A stretch of 64,000 nucleotides of DNA, taken from the IMG/VR virus record IMGVR_UViG_3300014913_000006; one strand, written 5' to 3'. This DNA is from a virus. Shown piece after piece: positions 9,066 through 17,871 of the stretch. Positions within the stretch are counted from its first letter, which is position 1. Each line of letters begins with the position of its first letter. The notes under the pieces are model-generated. The model searched no databases, was not told the origin of the DNA, and saw only the letters and a list, made by a program, of their open reading frames with translations. Both the position numbers and the translations under genes were made by a program.

Positions 9066-10661
9066 ATGATAATTGGAAAAGCTACACAAGATGGAACACC
9101 TATTGTTGAATTAAGACCATATTCTCGCAAATTGGTTCGTAGAAAATGCGACAACTGTGGAAAAATTGATTGGACAAGATATGGACACATCACTACCTGT
9201 AGACTTAGACACCATAGACAATCTGATTATTGCCACAAGTGTGGAACTAGTCTGGCTACAAAAGGAGATAAAAATGCAGCAAAAAGGCCCGAAGTGCGGC
9301 AAAAAATATCGAAAGCATTGAGGGGGAAAAGCAGGAAATTCAAGGACGGGGAAAATCCCAGAATACTTACCAGAAAAAAAACAACCACAGGCTCCATATT
9401 GGTGTATGATGAACAACAAAAACAATACCAACACGAACACAGAATGGTTGTATCTCATCATATTGGAAGAGAACTCACAAATGAAGAAGTTGTTCATCAT
9501 ATAAATGGTGACAAGACCAATAATGAAATAGATAATCTTCATCTCTTCCAAGATAATAGAGCACATATGAAGTGTCACCAACAACTACAACATATCGCAC
9601 TTGATCTGGTTGAGCGAGAAATTGTTCTTTTCGATAAAAATACGGGTCAGTATTTTGTTGACCCAACACTTAGTCTGCATCGCCCACAATATAGCGTCGG
9701 ATTTAACCAGGTTAGTATAGCTCAAGCAAAAAATGTTTGCGAATCTAGATTGTCTGTGGATGTGTCGTCGGAAATAATTCGTGGAATTACGAGACCCATA
9801 CCAATATTGGCATCCAATATGTCAACAGTGGTAGACCCAGATTTCTGTATTGCTCTGTATCGCTTTGGTGCTCTGGGTATAATGCACAGGGCATTACCAG
9901 CAGGAGAAATAGCTGATTCCATCAAGAAAATAGCAGAGCAATGCGAAATAGTTTGTGCCTCAGTTGGCGTAGATAAAAACAGTTTTGATGAAGCAAAATC
10001 AAACATCAGAAACGGTGCCAACGTAATTTTTGTCGATGTCGCACATGGCTATAGCAATGCGGTTCTCACCCTAGGCAAAAGAATTAAACACTACTCACCA
10101 TCAACCAAAATAGTTATAGGAAATACCATCAATCCAGATATCATTCTTGAGTCATATGATTTTGTCGACGCCATCAAAGTGGGTATAGGCCAAGGACTTG
10201 CGTGCGAGACCGCAATAACTGCTGGATGCACAGAACGACAATTTTCTGCTGTATTAAAATTCAAGGCACTAGCAGCTAAGTTTGGAATTCCTGTTATAAG
10301 TGATGGTGGAATAAGAAAACCATCCGACTTTGTTAAAGCAATAGCTGCTGGAGCCAGTTCTGTTATGGCCGGATCAATATTTTGTGCATGTCCAGAAAGC
10401 GCTGGACAGACCGTCGTCATAAACGGCATGTCTAAAAAGCAATATGCCGGTATGGCATCGAGATTTATCCAGGAAAAATGGAAAGGCAGACTAAAACCAG
10501 GCACATGCCCAGAGGGCAAAATCATATACCTAGATATCGGAGAAAACGCATGTTCATTGTTAGAGAGATATGGAGGAGCATTGCGTTCTGGTATAACATA
10601 TGCTGGAGCTAATAATATATCATCGTTCCACAGAAATGTAAAATTTTTGTTTACCAAATAG
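9066..10661 (+). CDS. HNH endonuclease fused to an IMP dehydrogenase/GMP reductase domain
   Basis: N-terminal EHRMV...VVHHINGDKTNNEIDNL; C-terminal PILASNM, DVAHG, KVGIGQGLACET, ISDGGIR, YAGMAS. Confidence 0.85.
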   Translation: MIIGKATQDGTPIVELRPYSRKLVRRKCDNCGKIDWTRYGHITTCRLRHHRQSDYCHKCGTSLATKGDKNAAKRPEVRQKISKALRGKSRKFKDGENPRILTRKKTTTGSILVYDEQQKQYQHEHRMVVSHHIGRELTNEEVVHHINGDKTNNEIDNLHLFQDNRAHMKCHQQLQHIALDLVEREIVLFDKNTGQYFVDPTLSLHRPQYSVGFNQVSIAQAKNVCESRLSVDVSSEIIRGITRPIPILASNMSTVVDPDFCIALYRFGALGIMHRALPAGEIADSIKKIAEQCEIVCASVGVDKNSFDEAKSNIRNGANVIFVDVAHGYSNAVLTLGKRIKHYSPSTKIVIGNTINPDIILESYDFVDAIKVGIGQGLACETAITAGCTERQFSAVLKFKALAAKFGIPVISDGGIRKPSDFVKAIAAGASSVMAGSIFCACPESAGQTVVINGMSKKQYAGMASRFIQEKWKGRLKPGTCPEGKIIYLDIGENACSLLERYGGALRSGITYAGANNISSFHRNVKFLFTK

Positions 10662-10671
10662 GAGACGTAAT

Positions 10672-10941
10672 ATGAAAGTCGTTCTAGAAATTGACAAAGA
10701 AGGAAATATGCATGGTTTATACACAGACGAGATCGACCTCTTTTCTGTCGGGCGGGTTACCGACGTGCGTAAGGCGTCGAATGTGGAGTTCAATCAAAAC
10801 GAGCAAGTGTGGGAGGTATCATCACTGGGTGGGGATATCTTGTATAAGAATTCCAACCGCAACGCAGCAATCGACTGGGAAATAGTGGCGTTTTCGCCCG
10901 GTGGTTCACATTATGAACAACCGAAGATATCAAGGCGTTGA
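10672..10941 (+). CDS. Conserved hypothetical protein associated with the Ycf46/DUF1257 module
   Basis: AGGAG RBS; GLYTDEIDLFSVGRV...RKASNVEF. Confidence 0.65.
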   Translation: MKVVLEIDKEGNMHGLYTDEIDLFSVGRVTDVRKASNVEFNQNEQVWEVSSLGGDILYKNSNRNAAIDWEIVAFSPGGSHYEQPKISRR

Positions 10942-10960
10942 GAAAACAAAGGAGAAAGTC

Positions 10961-11131
10961 ATGAGAAAGGTACACTACAAAGTCGTACTTGATGTGCTTG
11001 TCCACGAGGATGAGGAAGCGGACGGGAACGAGGCTTTGATGTGCGCCGACTTCTTTCCTAACGTGGATGGAGACGACCTTGATGTGATGGACGTTGAGAT
11101 CGAGAGTGTCGAGGCGACTGACTCACGATAG
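10961..11131 (+). CDS. Small acidic hypothetical protein
   Basis: AAGGAG RBS. Confidence 0.6.
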   Translation: MRKVHYKVVLDVLVHEDEEADGNEALMCADFFPNVDGDDLDVMDVEIESVEATDSR

Positions 11132-11141
11132 GAGAAAATTC

Positions 11142-11378
11142 ATGAAAGTGTTCAAAGGATGGTATCGCAAGTCATTGGTTTCCCGAAACATTGTCTGGCA
11201 TCGTGTCTCTCATGTTGATTCAATCCTAGAGAATCGACAAATGGCGCACACGGCGTGTGGAAGAAGTATCTCTACCACCAATTGTGATTTCGACATGAAA
11301 CCGAATCGCAAGTGTGTGCAATGTGAGAAGTCATCGGGAAGGATCGTAGAGACGGGTCGTGGGTTTGTGACGTGTTAG
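11142..11378 (+). CDS. Small zinc-binding hypothetical protein
   Basis: AGGAG RBS; WH...TACG...CVQC. Confidence 0.6.
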   Translation: MKVFKGWYRKSLVSRNIVWHRVSHVDSILENRQMAHTACGRSISTTNCDFDMKPNRKCVQCEKSSGRIVETGRGFVTC

Positions 11379-11480
11379 CGTCTAAGGCAAAGAAACGAAG
11401 AGGTGGCAAGGGACGCACGACAGAAACAGAGCGGATAGAGTGCTTCCTGGCACTCTTGACCAAAGCGGAGAAGTAACGAC

Positions 11481-11687
11481 ATGCGTGGAAAGAAACAGAT
11501 CGTGATTGATATAGACCCGGAAGGGAACTGTTCAATCGACGGTGAGGGATTTGTGGGGCCAGAGTGCGGTCACTTCATCGGGGAGATAGAAGAGTCTTTG
11601 GGTAAGCGGGTGTCACAAAAGGACAAACCGGAGTATCGTCAACGTCGCACTACCAGCAACAGGAATCGTCAAGTCGGAGGTAGGTAA
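11481..11687 (+). CDS. DUF2997 family protein
   Basis: IVIDIDPEGNCSIDGEGFVGPEC...IEESLG...KPEY. Confidence 0.85.
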   Translation: MRGKKQIVIDIDPEGNCSIDGEGFVGPECGHFIGEIEESLGKRVSQKDKPEYRQRRTTSNRNRQVGGR

Positions 11688-11875
11688 TGGCAAGCATCTT
11701 GAACAATGCAGCAACAAAGAAGTTCATCCTTGCGAAGTTCCAGAGTATGAGGCCGGGTATGCCGATCACTAGGGTGTCCAAGGACGCCTTGGAGAAGCTG
11801 GAAGCCCGTTTGCGAGCTTGGATCGTCGAAGAGGTACAGAGATGTCCGTCTATCGGAAAGACGTTCAAGCTCTAA
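11687..11875 (+). CDS. Small basic protein, possible histone fold
   Basis: GGAGGT RBS; RVSKDALEKLEARLRAWIVEEVQR...GKTF resembles the L1-alpha2-L2 of a histone fold. Confidence 0.5.
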   Translation: MASILNNAATKKFILAKFQSMRPGMPITRVSKDALEKLEARLRAWIVEEVQRCPSIGKTFKL

Positions 11876-11894
11876 GTGAATGTCGATGCTTGGT

Positions 11895-11987
11895 GCGATA
11901 CGGGGATTGGTCAAGTGGTGTCAAAGACCATCGGACCGTGGTTCGAGGCAACACACCCGTATGCGGGTTCGAATCCCGCTATCGGCT
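11895..11987 (+). tRNA. Degenerate tRNA-like element (pseudo-tRNA)
   Basis: D-arm ggtc-aagtggtgtcaaa-gacc and T-arm gcggg-ttcgaat-cccgc are canonical; acceptor stem and anticodon loop are not. Confidence 0.45.
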
Positions 11988-12067
11988 TTGGACCTTGCGC
12001 GGTTTGGTTCGCCGCCACCAGTCATCGCCAGTTTATCGTGTGTGTGTTTTCCGAACGGAGTCACGGA

Positions 12068-12229
12068 ATGGGAAAGAAGAAAACAGAAAGGCAAAAGCTC
12101 AACCAGATTGTCGTGGGTGGTCTACGGGAAGCAATCCGTGCCCATGGTCCGATAACCAAGTTGTTGATTGGCAGCGCCGCTAAGAGAATCACCGGCACGC
12201 TACTCGCCAAGGAGAAAAAGGATGGATGA
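12068..12229 (+). CDS. Small basic hypothetical protein
   Basis: GGAG RBS; MGKKKTERQKLNQ... Confidence 0.55.
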   Translation: MGKKKTERQKLNQIVVGGLREAIRAHGPITKLLIGSAAKRITGTLLAKEKKDG

Positions 12230-12455
12230 TCTGCTACCGACCGTCGCCAGATGTCGTGTCAACGGAATTACACTGGAGGTCTATCACGGTGAGATACCGG
12301 ACGTATGCAGGCTACTTCGGTTCGATCCGATCACGGAGTTCGAGTTGCCAGACGCAAAAGCTAGCGATGAGGACTTCGAGGACTGGTTGGCCCTTTATCG
12401 TCATGCCAAACCTTGGTTCGCTGGTATGCTACTGGAGGAAGCAAAATGCAACTGA
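12222..12455 (+). CDS. Hypothetical protein
   Basis: AAGGAG RBS; overlaps both neighbours. Confidence 0.55.
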   Translation: MDDLLPTVARCRVNGITLEVYHGEIPDVCRLLRFDPITEFELPDAKASDEDFEDWLALYRHAKPWFAGMLLEEAKCN

Positions 12456-12943
12456 TACATTACCCGGACCCAAGACTGCTGAACGTATGTCCACCGGTTG
12501 AAGGCCAGCTTGATCTCAAAGAGAGAAGGGCGTTGGTCGCAAGTATGTTCGGTGTCATGAGTAAGCATCATGGAGGCGTTGGGCTGGCAGCACCGCAGGT
12601 TGGTCTGAATGTACGCATGTTCGTATGGATGCAGAAGGGATTCGGTCAGGCAATCTGGAATCCGGTCCTAAGCTGCCTCAGTGGTTGCATGGAATCAACA
12701 GAAGGATGCCTTTCGTTGCCGAAAGTCAACGTAACCATACAAAGGGCAACATCGTCAATCATAACTGGTGTTGGGGTCAACGGGAAGCCTCTCAGACTTA
12801 TCGGGGATCAGAACACAACCCGAATTTGGCAGCACGAGATCGACCACCTGGACGGCAAACTGATCATCGACAACATGGGTCTCGACGACAGGAATTCCAA
12901 CAGAGATGCTCTGAGAACGCTGTTGAAGAACACTGTGGCTTAG
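12446..12943 (+). CDS. def: Peptide deformylase
   Basis: GVGLAAPQ, EGCLS and QHEIDHLDG motifs. Confidence 0.95.
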   Translation: MQLIHYPDPRLLNVCPPVEGQLDLKERRALVASMFGVMSKHHGGVGLAAPQVGLNVRMFVWMQKGFGQAIWNPVLSCLSGCMESTEGCLSLPKVNVTIQRATSSIITGVGVNGKPLRLIGDQNTTRIWQHEIDHLDGKLIIDNMGLDDRNSNRDALRTLLKNTVA

Positions 12944-12955
12944 AGAGGAAGGTCT

Positions 12956-13321
12956 ATGTTAGATTTGACCAATCTTCGATTTGGCAGACTCACAGCAGTA
13001 AAAAGAGTCGGCGTTGCCAGCAGCCGACATGTGCTATGGTTGTGTACGTGTGACTGCGGCAATGTGGCCACGGTTCAGTCGAGCAAACTAAAAATGGGCT
13101 TATCTACAAGCTGTGGTTGCAATCGCACAAAACACGGTCATGCGAGACACAAAAAGGTGTCGAAAATCTACGAAATATGGGCATCGATGATTCAAAGATG
13201 CACCAATAAGAAGTGTGAGTATTATTCTCACTACGGTGGTCGTGGGGTCATGGTATGTGCCGTCGAAAAGTCGCTGACCCACAAGGCTAAAGTAAAAATA
13301 GACAGTCAACAGCAAGAATGA
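12956..13321 (+). pseudogene. HNH endonuclease with in-frame deletion of the catalytic core
   Basis: LDLTNLRFGRL...CDCG...SCGC...YGGRGVMVC jumps to AVEKSLT. Confidence 0.75.
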
Positions 13322-13689
13322 ACAATTGTGTCAAATATCAGGCGAAAGAAGATTTTTACGATTTTCTTGGAGCGCTTTTGCGATTTTGGACTCTCTATAC
13401 TTACAGAGTATCATAGTTTTCTTTCGAACCGAACTACCAGCGCAACAGGTCATCGAATCGGAGTGGTGGTCAACACCAACCACCGTACAGGTGAACATGA
13501 CTATTCTAAACATGGCATACCTTTCTTGTCTAGCCAGGATGTTTCTAGTGATTTATTCACTAACAGACAAGAGGCAATCGGTTCGAATCGTAGCAATTCG
13601 ATACAGCGCTCAGAATCGAAGATTCCAGTAGATAGGAATTCAAGAGCAGTATAGAAAAAAACGGCGGTGCGCGCGAGGAGGTCTCTCTG

Positions 13690-13947
13690 ATGAAATGTCT
13701 AGTCTGTCGCCAAAAAATAAAGCCAGGGCAGTATGTTCTGGTGGGGGCGGCTGCGCTGTGTAGCGGCCCCGGAGAAGACGATTTCGACCACGTAGAGGCC
13801 GAGAACGATCTGGAGGGTGTCGTACACCTATCTTGCCTTGAAAGTCCAGCAGAAGCCGCGAGAACGCCAGATACGGCGGCTCCTGGGCCTGTTGAAGAAG
13901 AGTCGGCGGTACAGCGATCGGACGCGCTAGCACTTTTCAATCTGTAG
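13690..13947 (+). CDS. Zinc-binding hypothetical protein
   Basis: GGAGG RBS; CLVC...HLSC. Confidence 0.6.
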   Translation: MKCLVCRQKIKPGQYVLVGAAALCSGPGEDDFDHVEAENDLEGVVHLSCLESPAEAARTPDTAAPGPVEEESAVQRSDALALFNL

Positions 13948-13952
13948 GAGAA

Positions 13953-14146
13953 ATGACAAAATTGATCGACTTGATAGGTAATAGATTCGGTAGACTATTG
14001 GTTCTCGAACGGGTGCTAAACGACAAGTGGGGATCGCACAAGTGGCCGTGTCAGTGCGACTGTAAAAACATTAAAACAATCCGTGGGAACGATCTACGTC
14101 GGCGGAAAAAACTATGACAACACCAGTTGGTAAATGGAGAAAATAA
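13953..14146 (+). pseudogene. HNH endonuclease remnant (N- and C-termini only)
   Basis: MTKLIDLIGNRFGRL...CQCDC...NDLR, then an out-of-frame SAEKTMTTPVGKWRK* tail. Confidence 0.7.
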
Positions 14147-15604
14147 ATGGTCCATACAGGAAACAAACAAAAGATTGCCGCCATTTTTCCCGAACGCGGA
14201 GTTATGGTAGACAAAAGTCTCGCCCACCTCAGCGAGCAATTCCGCAAGCTCCCAACGTTCGTTGTAGATTACTTGATTTCCGAGATGGTTAACCCGACAG
14301 ACCCGACCCCCGGCTTGGAGCGTATCAGCAAGTTGTTGAGCGATCATTTCATGGAGTCAGACCAGAAGGAGTTGGTCAAAAGTCGGATAAGGGAGCATGG
14401 AGAGTACACCCTAATTGGTCGTATTCGTTGTCGGTTTGATGAGGGCAAGGATGAGTATTGGGTAGATGTTACATCGTTGGGGAACCAGTATGTCCGAATC
14501 AATCCACACCTCATAGCCGAATACGGAGATACGCTGTTGACGACTGGGGCGTGGGGTGTTTTCAAAATCGTGTACGATGAATCTTACGTCATGAGGAAGA
14601 AGCTGTACCCATTCCTGGTAACAGAGTTCCGCCCCATGCAGATCACGGGCATCAGCCTGGATACTTGGGTAAAGCGTCGTGAACAGTTCACCGACGACGA
14701 ATGGCTCGATCTGATGATTACCAGCATAGGTTTCGATCCAGAGTGTCTTTCTCGCCAAGAGAAGCTGTTGTACATGGTCAGGTTGGTTCCGTTCATCGAA
14801 GCCAACGTCAACCTCTGTGAGCTAGGCCCGCCAGAAACAGGGAAGACCTTTGCTTACCAGTCTCTTAGTTCTCACGGCTTCGTTGTCTCTGGTGGCCAGA
14901 CTACGGTTGCTTCTCTCTTCTATGACAAGCTGAGGCGTCAACTTGGTCTTGTTGGGTATCGTGATGTTGTCATGTTCGACGAATTCGCTAGCGGACGTAA
15001 CGGCAACAAATGGTCTGGGCAGGGTGACTTGATCGATATGCTGAAGGACTTTATGAACAGCGGTCGATTCGGTCGTGGAACAGCAGAGTTTGCGTCTGGT
15101 TGTTCTATCATGTTCGCTGGCAATATCGATTGCGATCGAACGAAGAAGGCTGTCGCAGCCAGGTATCGAAGCTTGTTCGCCCCACTGCCTCAAGCAGTCA
15201 ATCAGGATCGGGCTTTTCTTGACCGTGTGCATGGATTCATTCCAGGATGGGAGATACCGCAGATACGAGAATCCAAACTTGCCAAGGGGCTTGGGTTCAT
15301 GGCGGATTATGTCAGTGAGATCATGCACCGCATGAGGGACAGGAACTATGCGCCTGCCATCCTAGAGAACGTGTGTTTTGGAGATATGTCCCAGAGGAAT
15401 CAGCGATCCCTAGTCCGCATAGGGTCTGGGTTGCTGAAGCTGATGTTTCCACATCGCACATCAAAGACAGTAGAACCAAACGAGTTGAAAGTCGTGTTGG
15501 ACATGGCCCTGGATTTGAGACAGAGGGTCGTGGATCAACTTGCTGTGATTTTGCCGAGTGAGTTCAGCGGTGTCAAGCTGGCCTATGAAATCAAGGGAGA
15601 ATAG
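14147..15604 (+). CDS. BrxL-like MCM-type AAA+ ATPase lacking the Lon protease domain
   Basis: REQFTDDEWLDLMITSIG, RLVPFIEANVNLCELGPPETGKT, VMFDEF, AFLDRVHGFIPGWEIP. Confidence 0.8.
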   Translation: MVHTGNKQKIAAIFPERGVMVDKSLAHLSEQFRKLPTFVVDYLISEMVNPTDPTPGLERISKLLSDHFMESDQKELVKSRIREHGEYTLIGRIRCRFDEGKDEYWVDVTSLGNQYVRINPHLIAEYGDTLLTTGAWGVFKIVYDESYVMRKKLYPFLVTEFRPMQITGISLDTWVKRREQFTDDEWLDLMITSIGFDPECLSRQEKLLYMVRLVPFIEANVNLCELGPPETGKTFAYQSLSSHGFVVSGGQTTVASLFYDKLRRQLGLVGYRDVVMFDEFASGRNGNKWSGQGDLIDMLKDFMNSGRFGRGTAEFASGCSIMFAGNIDCDRTKKAVAARYRSLFAPLPQAVNQDRAFLDRVHGFIPGWEIPQIRESKLAKGLGFMADYVSEIMHRMRDRNYAPAILENVCFGDMSQRNQRSLVRIGSGLLKLMFPHRTSKTVEPNELKVVLDMALDLRQRVVDQLAVILPSEFSGVKLAYEIKGE

Positions 15605-15605
15605 A

Positions 15606-16430
15606 ATGAGTTTTGTCACTGAACCGAGAGTTGCGTTGGTTGGAAAACCGGTGCTGGAAATCGATGGGATTATGGAGTTCCTCGATGAGCATGGGTACGA
15701 ATGGCCAGAGCTTACCGAGAAGCTCGAATCCATGATGAGTCTCGGCGATGACGACGGAGAGTGGCTCGTTGAATTCGCTGGTCGCATGTGCTACCAGTCC
15801 TGGCCGGAGCAGGGCGAGACAGCAAAGGGAAGGTCTCACGAGGAACACATCAAGCATCTGATCGAAGTTAGGCATGGTGCGTGTATCGAGCACGCCACGT
15901 TCAATTTCGCCATGTGGAACATCTCTCGTAGTCTGACCCACGAGTTGGTTCGTCATCGTATCGCGTCGTATTCTCAGTTGAGCCAACGGTACGTGGATTC
16001 GTCTAACGTCGCCTTCATCGTCCCGCCTGCTATCCAAGAACTGGCGAATACCGATCCCGACGCTTACCGAATGTGGGTAGAGCACTGCGAGCGGTCAAGG
16101 CAGCTTTACGAGGAGCTGACAGGCAAGTTGTCGGCAATGTACAGTGACATCGAAAGTGGGCTTGAGCGGCGCAAGAAGGCTCGTCAGGCCGCACGGTCGG
16201 TTCTGCCGAACGCGACTGAGACCAAGATTGTCGTCAGCATGAACGCCAGGGCTGTTCGCCATCTGATCGAACTTCGCGCCAACCCGGCAGCGGATGTTGA
16301 AATTCGTGCTCTTGCTGTCAAGGTGTGCCGCATCCTACAGGACAAAGCACCCCTGTTTGCCCACGGATTGGGGATTGTCAAGCTCGAAGACGGCACAGAG
16401 GGTGTCGAGTCCACGCATCGTCGGGTGTAA
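15606..16430 (+). CDS. thyX: FAD-dependent thymidylate synthase
   Basis: RSLTHELVRHRIASYSQLSQRY, ARSVLPNATET. Confidence 0.95.
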   Translation: MSFVTEPRVALVGKPVLEIDGIMEFLDEHGYEWPELTEKLESMMSLGDDDGEWLVEFAGRMCYQSWPEQGETAKGRSHEEHIKHLIEVRHGACIEHATFNFAMWNISRSLTHELVRHRIASYSQLSQRYVDSSNVAFIVPPAIQELANTDPDAYRMWVEHCERSRQLYEELTGKLSAMYSDIESGLERRKKARQAARSVLPNATETKIVVSMNARAVRHLIELRANPAADVEIRALAVKVCRILQDKAPLFAHGLGIVKLEDGTEGVESTHRRV

Positions 16431-16448
16431 GAAAAAAAACGAGAATGT

Positions 16449-16479
16449 GTGGAACAATCGCAGGAGTTGGACGTATAAT
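16449..16479 (+). promoter_or_regulatory. Phage promoter copy 3
   Basis: gtggaacaatcgcaggagttggacgtataat. Confidence 0.8.
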
Positions 16480-16489
16480 GAATGAGGAC

Positions 16490-16996
16490 ATGACGACTAA
16501 ATTCAAAAATATCCAAGGATTTGATGGCTATCGGATTGGCGATGACGGATCGGTCTGGAGCAAACGAAAAATTAAGGAAAAATGGCAGCGACTTAAACCA
16601 TGGCCAAACCAGAAGGGTTATCTCCAAGTTAATTTATATCGCAACGAACAGGGACACACTAGAAAGGTCCATCGTCTCGTATTGGAAGCATTTGTTGGAC
16701 TATGCCCTCCCGATATGGAATGTCGTCATCTAGATGGTAATAAAATCAATAACCAATTGGAAAATTTACAATGGGGAACCAGTAAAGAAAATAAAGACGA
16801 TATGAATAAACATGATATGACATGCAAGGGAAAGCGAAATGGACAAGCTAAGCTGACAGAGGAAGGGGTTGTTGCAATTCGTGAAACATATCGTTGTGGT
16901 AATATCTCCCATAGACAACTCGCTAAGCTTTACGGTGTAAGTAAAAGTGCGATAACCAGTCTTCTTCGAAAAGAATCATGGAAGCATTTATCATGA
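16490..16996 (+). CDS. NUMOD4-HNH homing endonuclease
   Basis: VHRLVLEAFVG...CRHLDGNKINNQLENL. Confidence 0.9.
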   Translation: MTTKFKNIQGFDGYRIGDDGSVWSKRKIKEKWQRLKPWPNQKGYLQVNLYRNEQGHTRKVHRLVLEAFVGLCPPDMECRHLDGNKINNQLENLQWGTSKENKDDMNKHDMTCKGKRNGQAKLTEEGVVAIRETYRCGNISHRQLAKLYGVSKSAITSLLRKESWKHLS

Positions 16997-17871
16997 TTAA
17001 AAAATTCCAAACTTATATATTAACAGAACTAGGATTATCTCAAGAAACACTAGTTGCGTATACAAGAGATGCACGAGAATTCCTGGATTTTATCGGGGCA
17101 CAAGAATTGACTGCCCAATCAATCGAAACCTTCGTAAGTCATCTCAACAGACGTGGGCTGAAGCCTGCCACGGTGAGGCGAAAGTGTATGTCCGTGAGAT
17201 GTCTGTGTCATCATCTCATCAGCCTGGGTCTTCTCGACCCCAACACCCTGGAAAAGATCGATTCTGTCCGTGTAAGTAGGAGGACTCCCGATGCCTTGGA
17301 CTCTCAAGCCGTGGATGCTCTTGTGGCCGCCGTGGAAAAGCGTCTACCCGTATGCAGAACCACTAACGTTCGCAGGGATGTCGCGGTTATACTGACCATG
17401 TATCACAGTGGGCTGCGAGTTTCGGAATTGTGCGGCCTCAGTTTACCCGATGTCAATTTGTCAAACAGGGTGATCAGAGTAAGGGGGAAAGGGGGCCGAG
17501 AAAGGATGGTCCCCACAACCCCCGAATGCGCAGATGCAATCCAAGCATACATCGATCAAGAACGACGATCTGAGACGAACGCTTTATTCGTCAAATCAAA
17601 TGGTCAGCGGATAACCCGCCGTGCTGTCAGCGACATGCTGGTGTCTTTTTCTCGTCGGGCGGGTGTCGAACACACCACAGCCCACATGTTGCGTAGAAGT
17701 TGTGCTACATCACTGATGAATCGTGGTGTAGACCTGGAACTCATACAGGTTTTGTTGGGTCACCGACACTTGTCAACAACGCAGACATACTTATCTATAA
17801 GCCACGACAGATTGAAACAAATACATCAATCTTGTCATCCTTTTGGCGATAAACATGCGGAAATCAATTGA
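16993..17871 (+). CDS. XerC/D-like tyrosine recombinase
   Basis: SGLRVSEL, GKGGRER, HMLRRS, LLGH...TTQTY catalytic set. Confidence 0.93.
   Translation: MIKKFQTYILTELGLSQETLVAYTRDAREFLDFIGAQELTAQSIETFVSHLNRRGLKPATVRRKCMSVRCLCHHLISLGLLDPNTLEKIDSVRVSRRTPDALDSQAVDALVAAVEKRLPVCRTTNVRRDVAVILTMYHSGLRVSELCGLSLPDVNLSNRVIRVRGKGGRERMVPTTPECADAIQAYIDQERRSETNALFVKSNGQRITRRAVSDMLVSFSRRAGVEHTTAHMLRRSCATSLMNRGVDLELIQVLLGHRHLSTTQTYLSISHDRLKQIHQSCHPFGDKHAEIN

Noticed and set aside
11895-11987. Functional tRNA-His(GTG)
   Set aside because: The anticodon loop lacks U33 and 7-nt geometry and the acceptor stem does not pair properly; kept only as tRNA-like.
13318-13654. Overlapping ORFs 13326..13631 and 13328..13654
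   Set aside because: No RBS or recognisable motif in any frame on either strand, so I could not decide which, if any, is real.
16993-17871. Prophage boundary at the tyrosine recombinase
   Set aside because: Phage-type genes continue on both sides and no att repeat or host gene block is visible; it may be a Xer-like resolvase.
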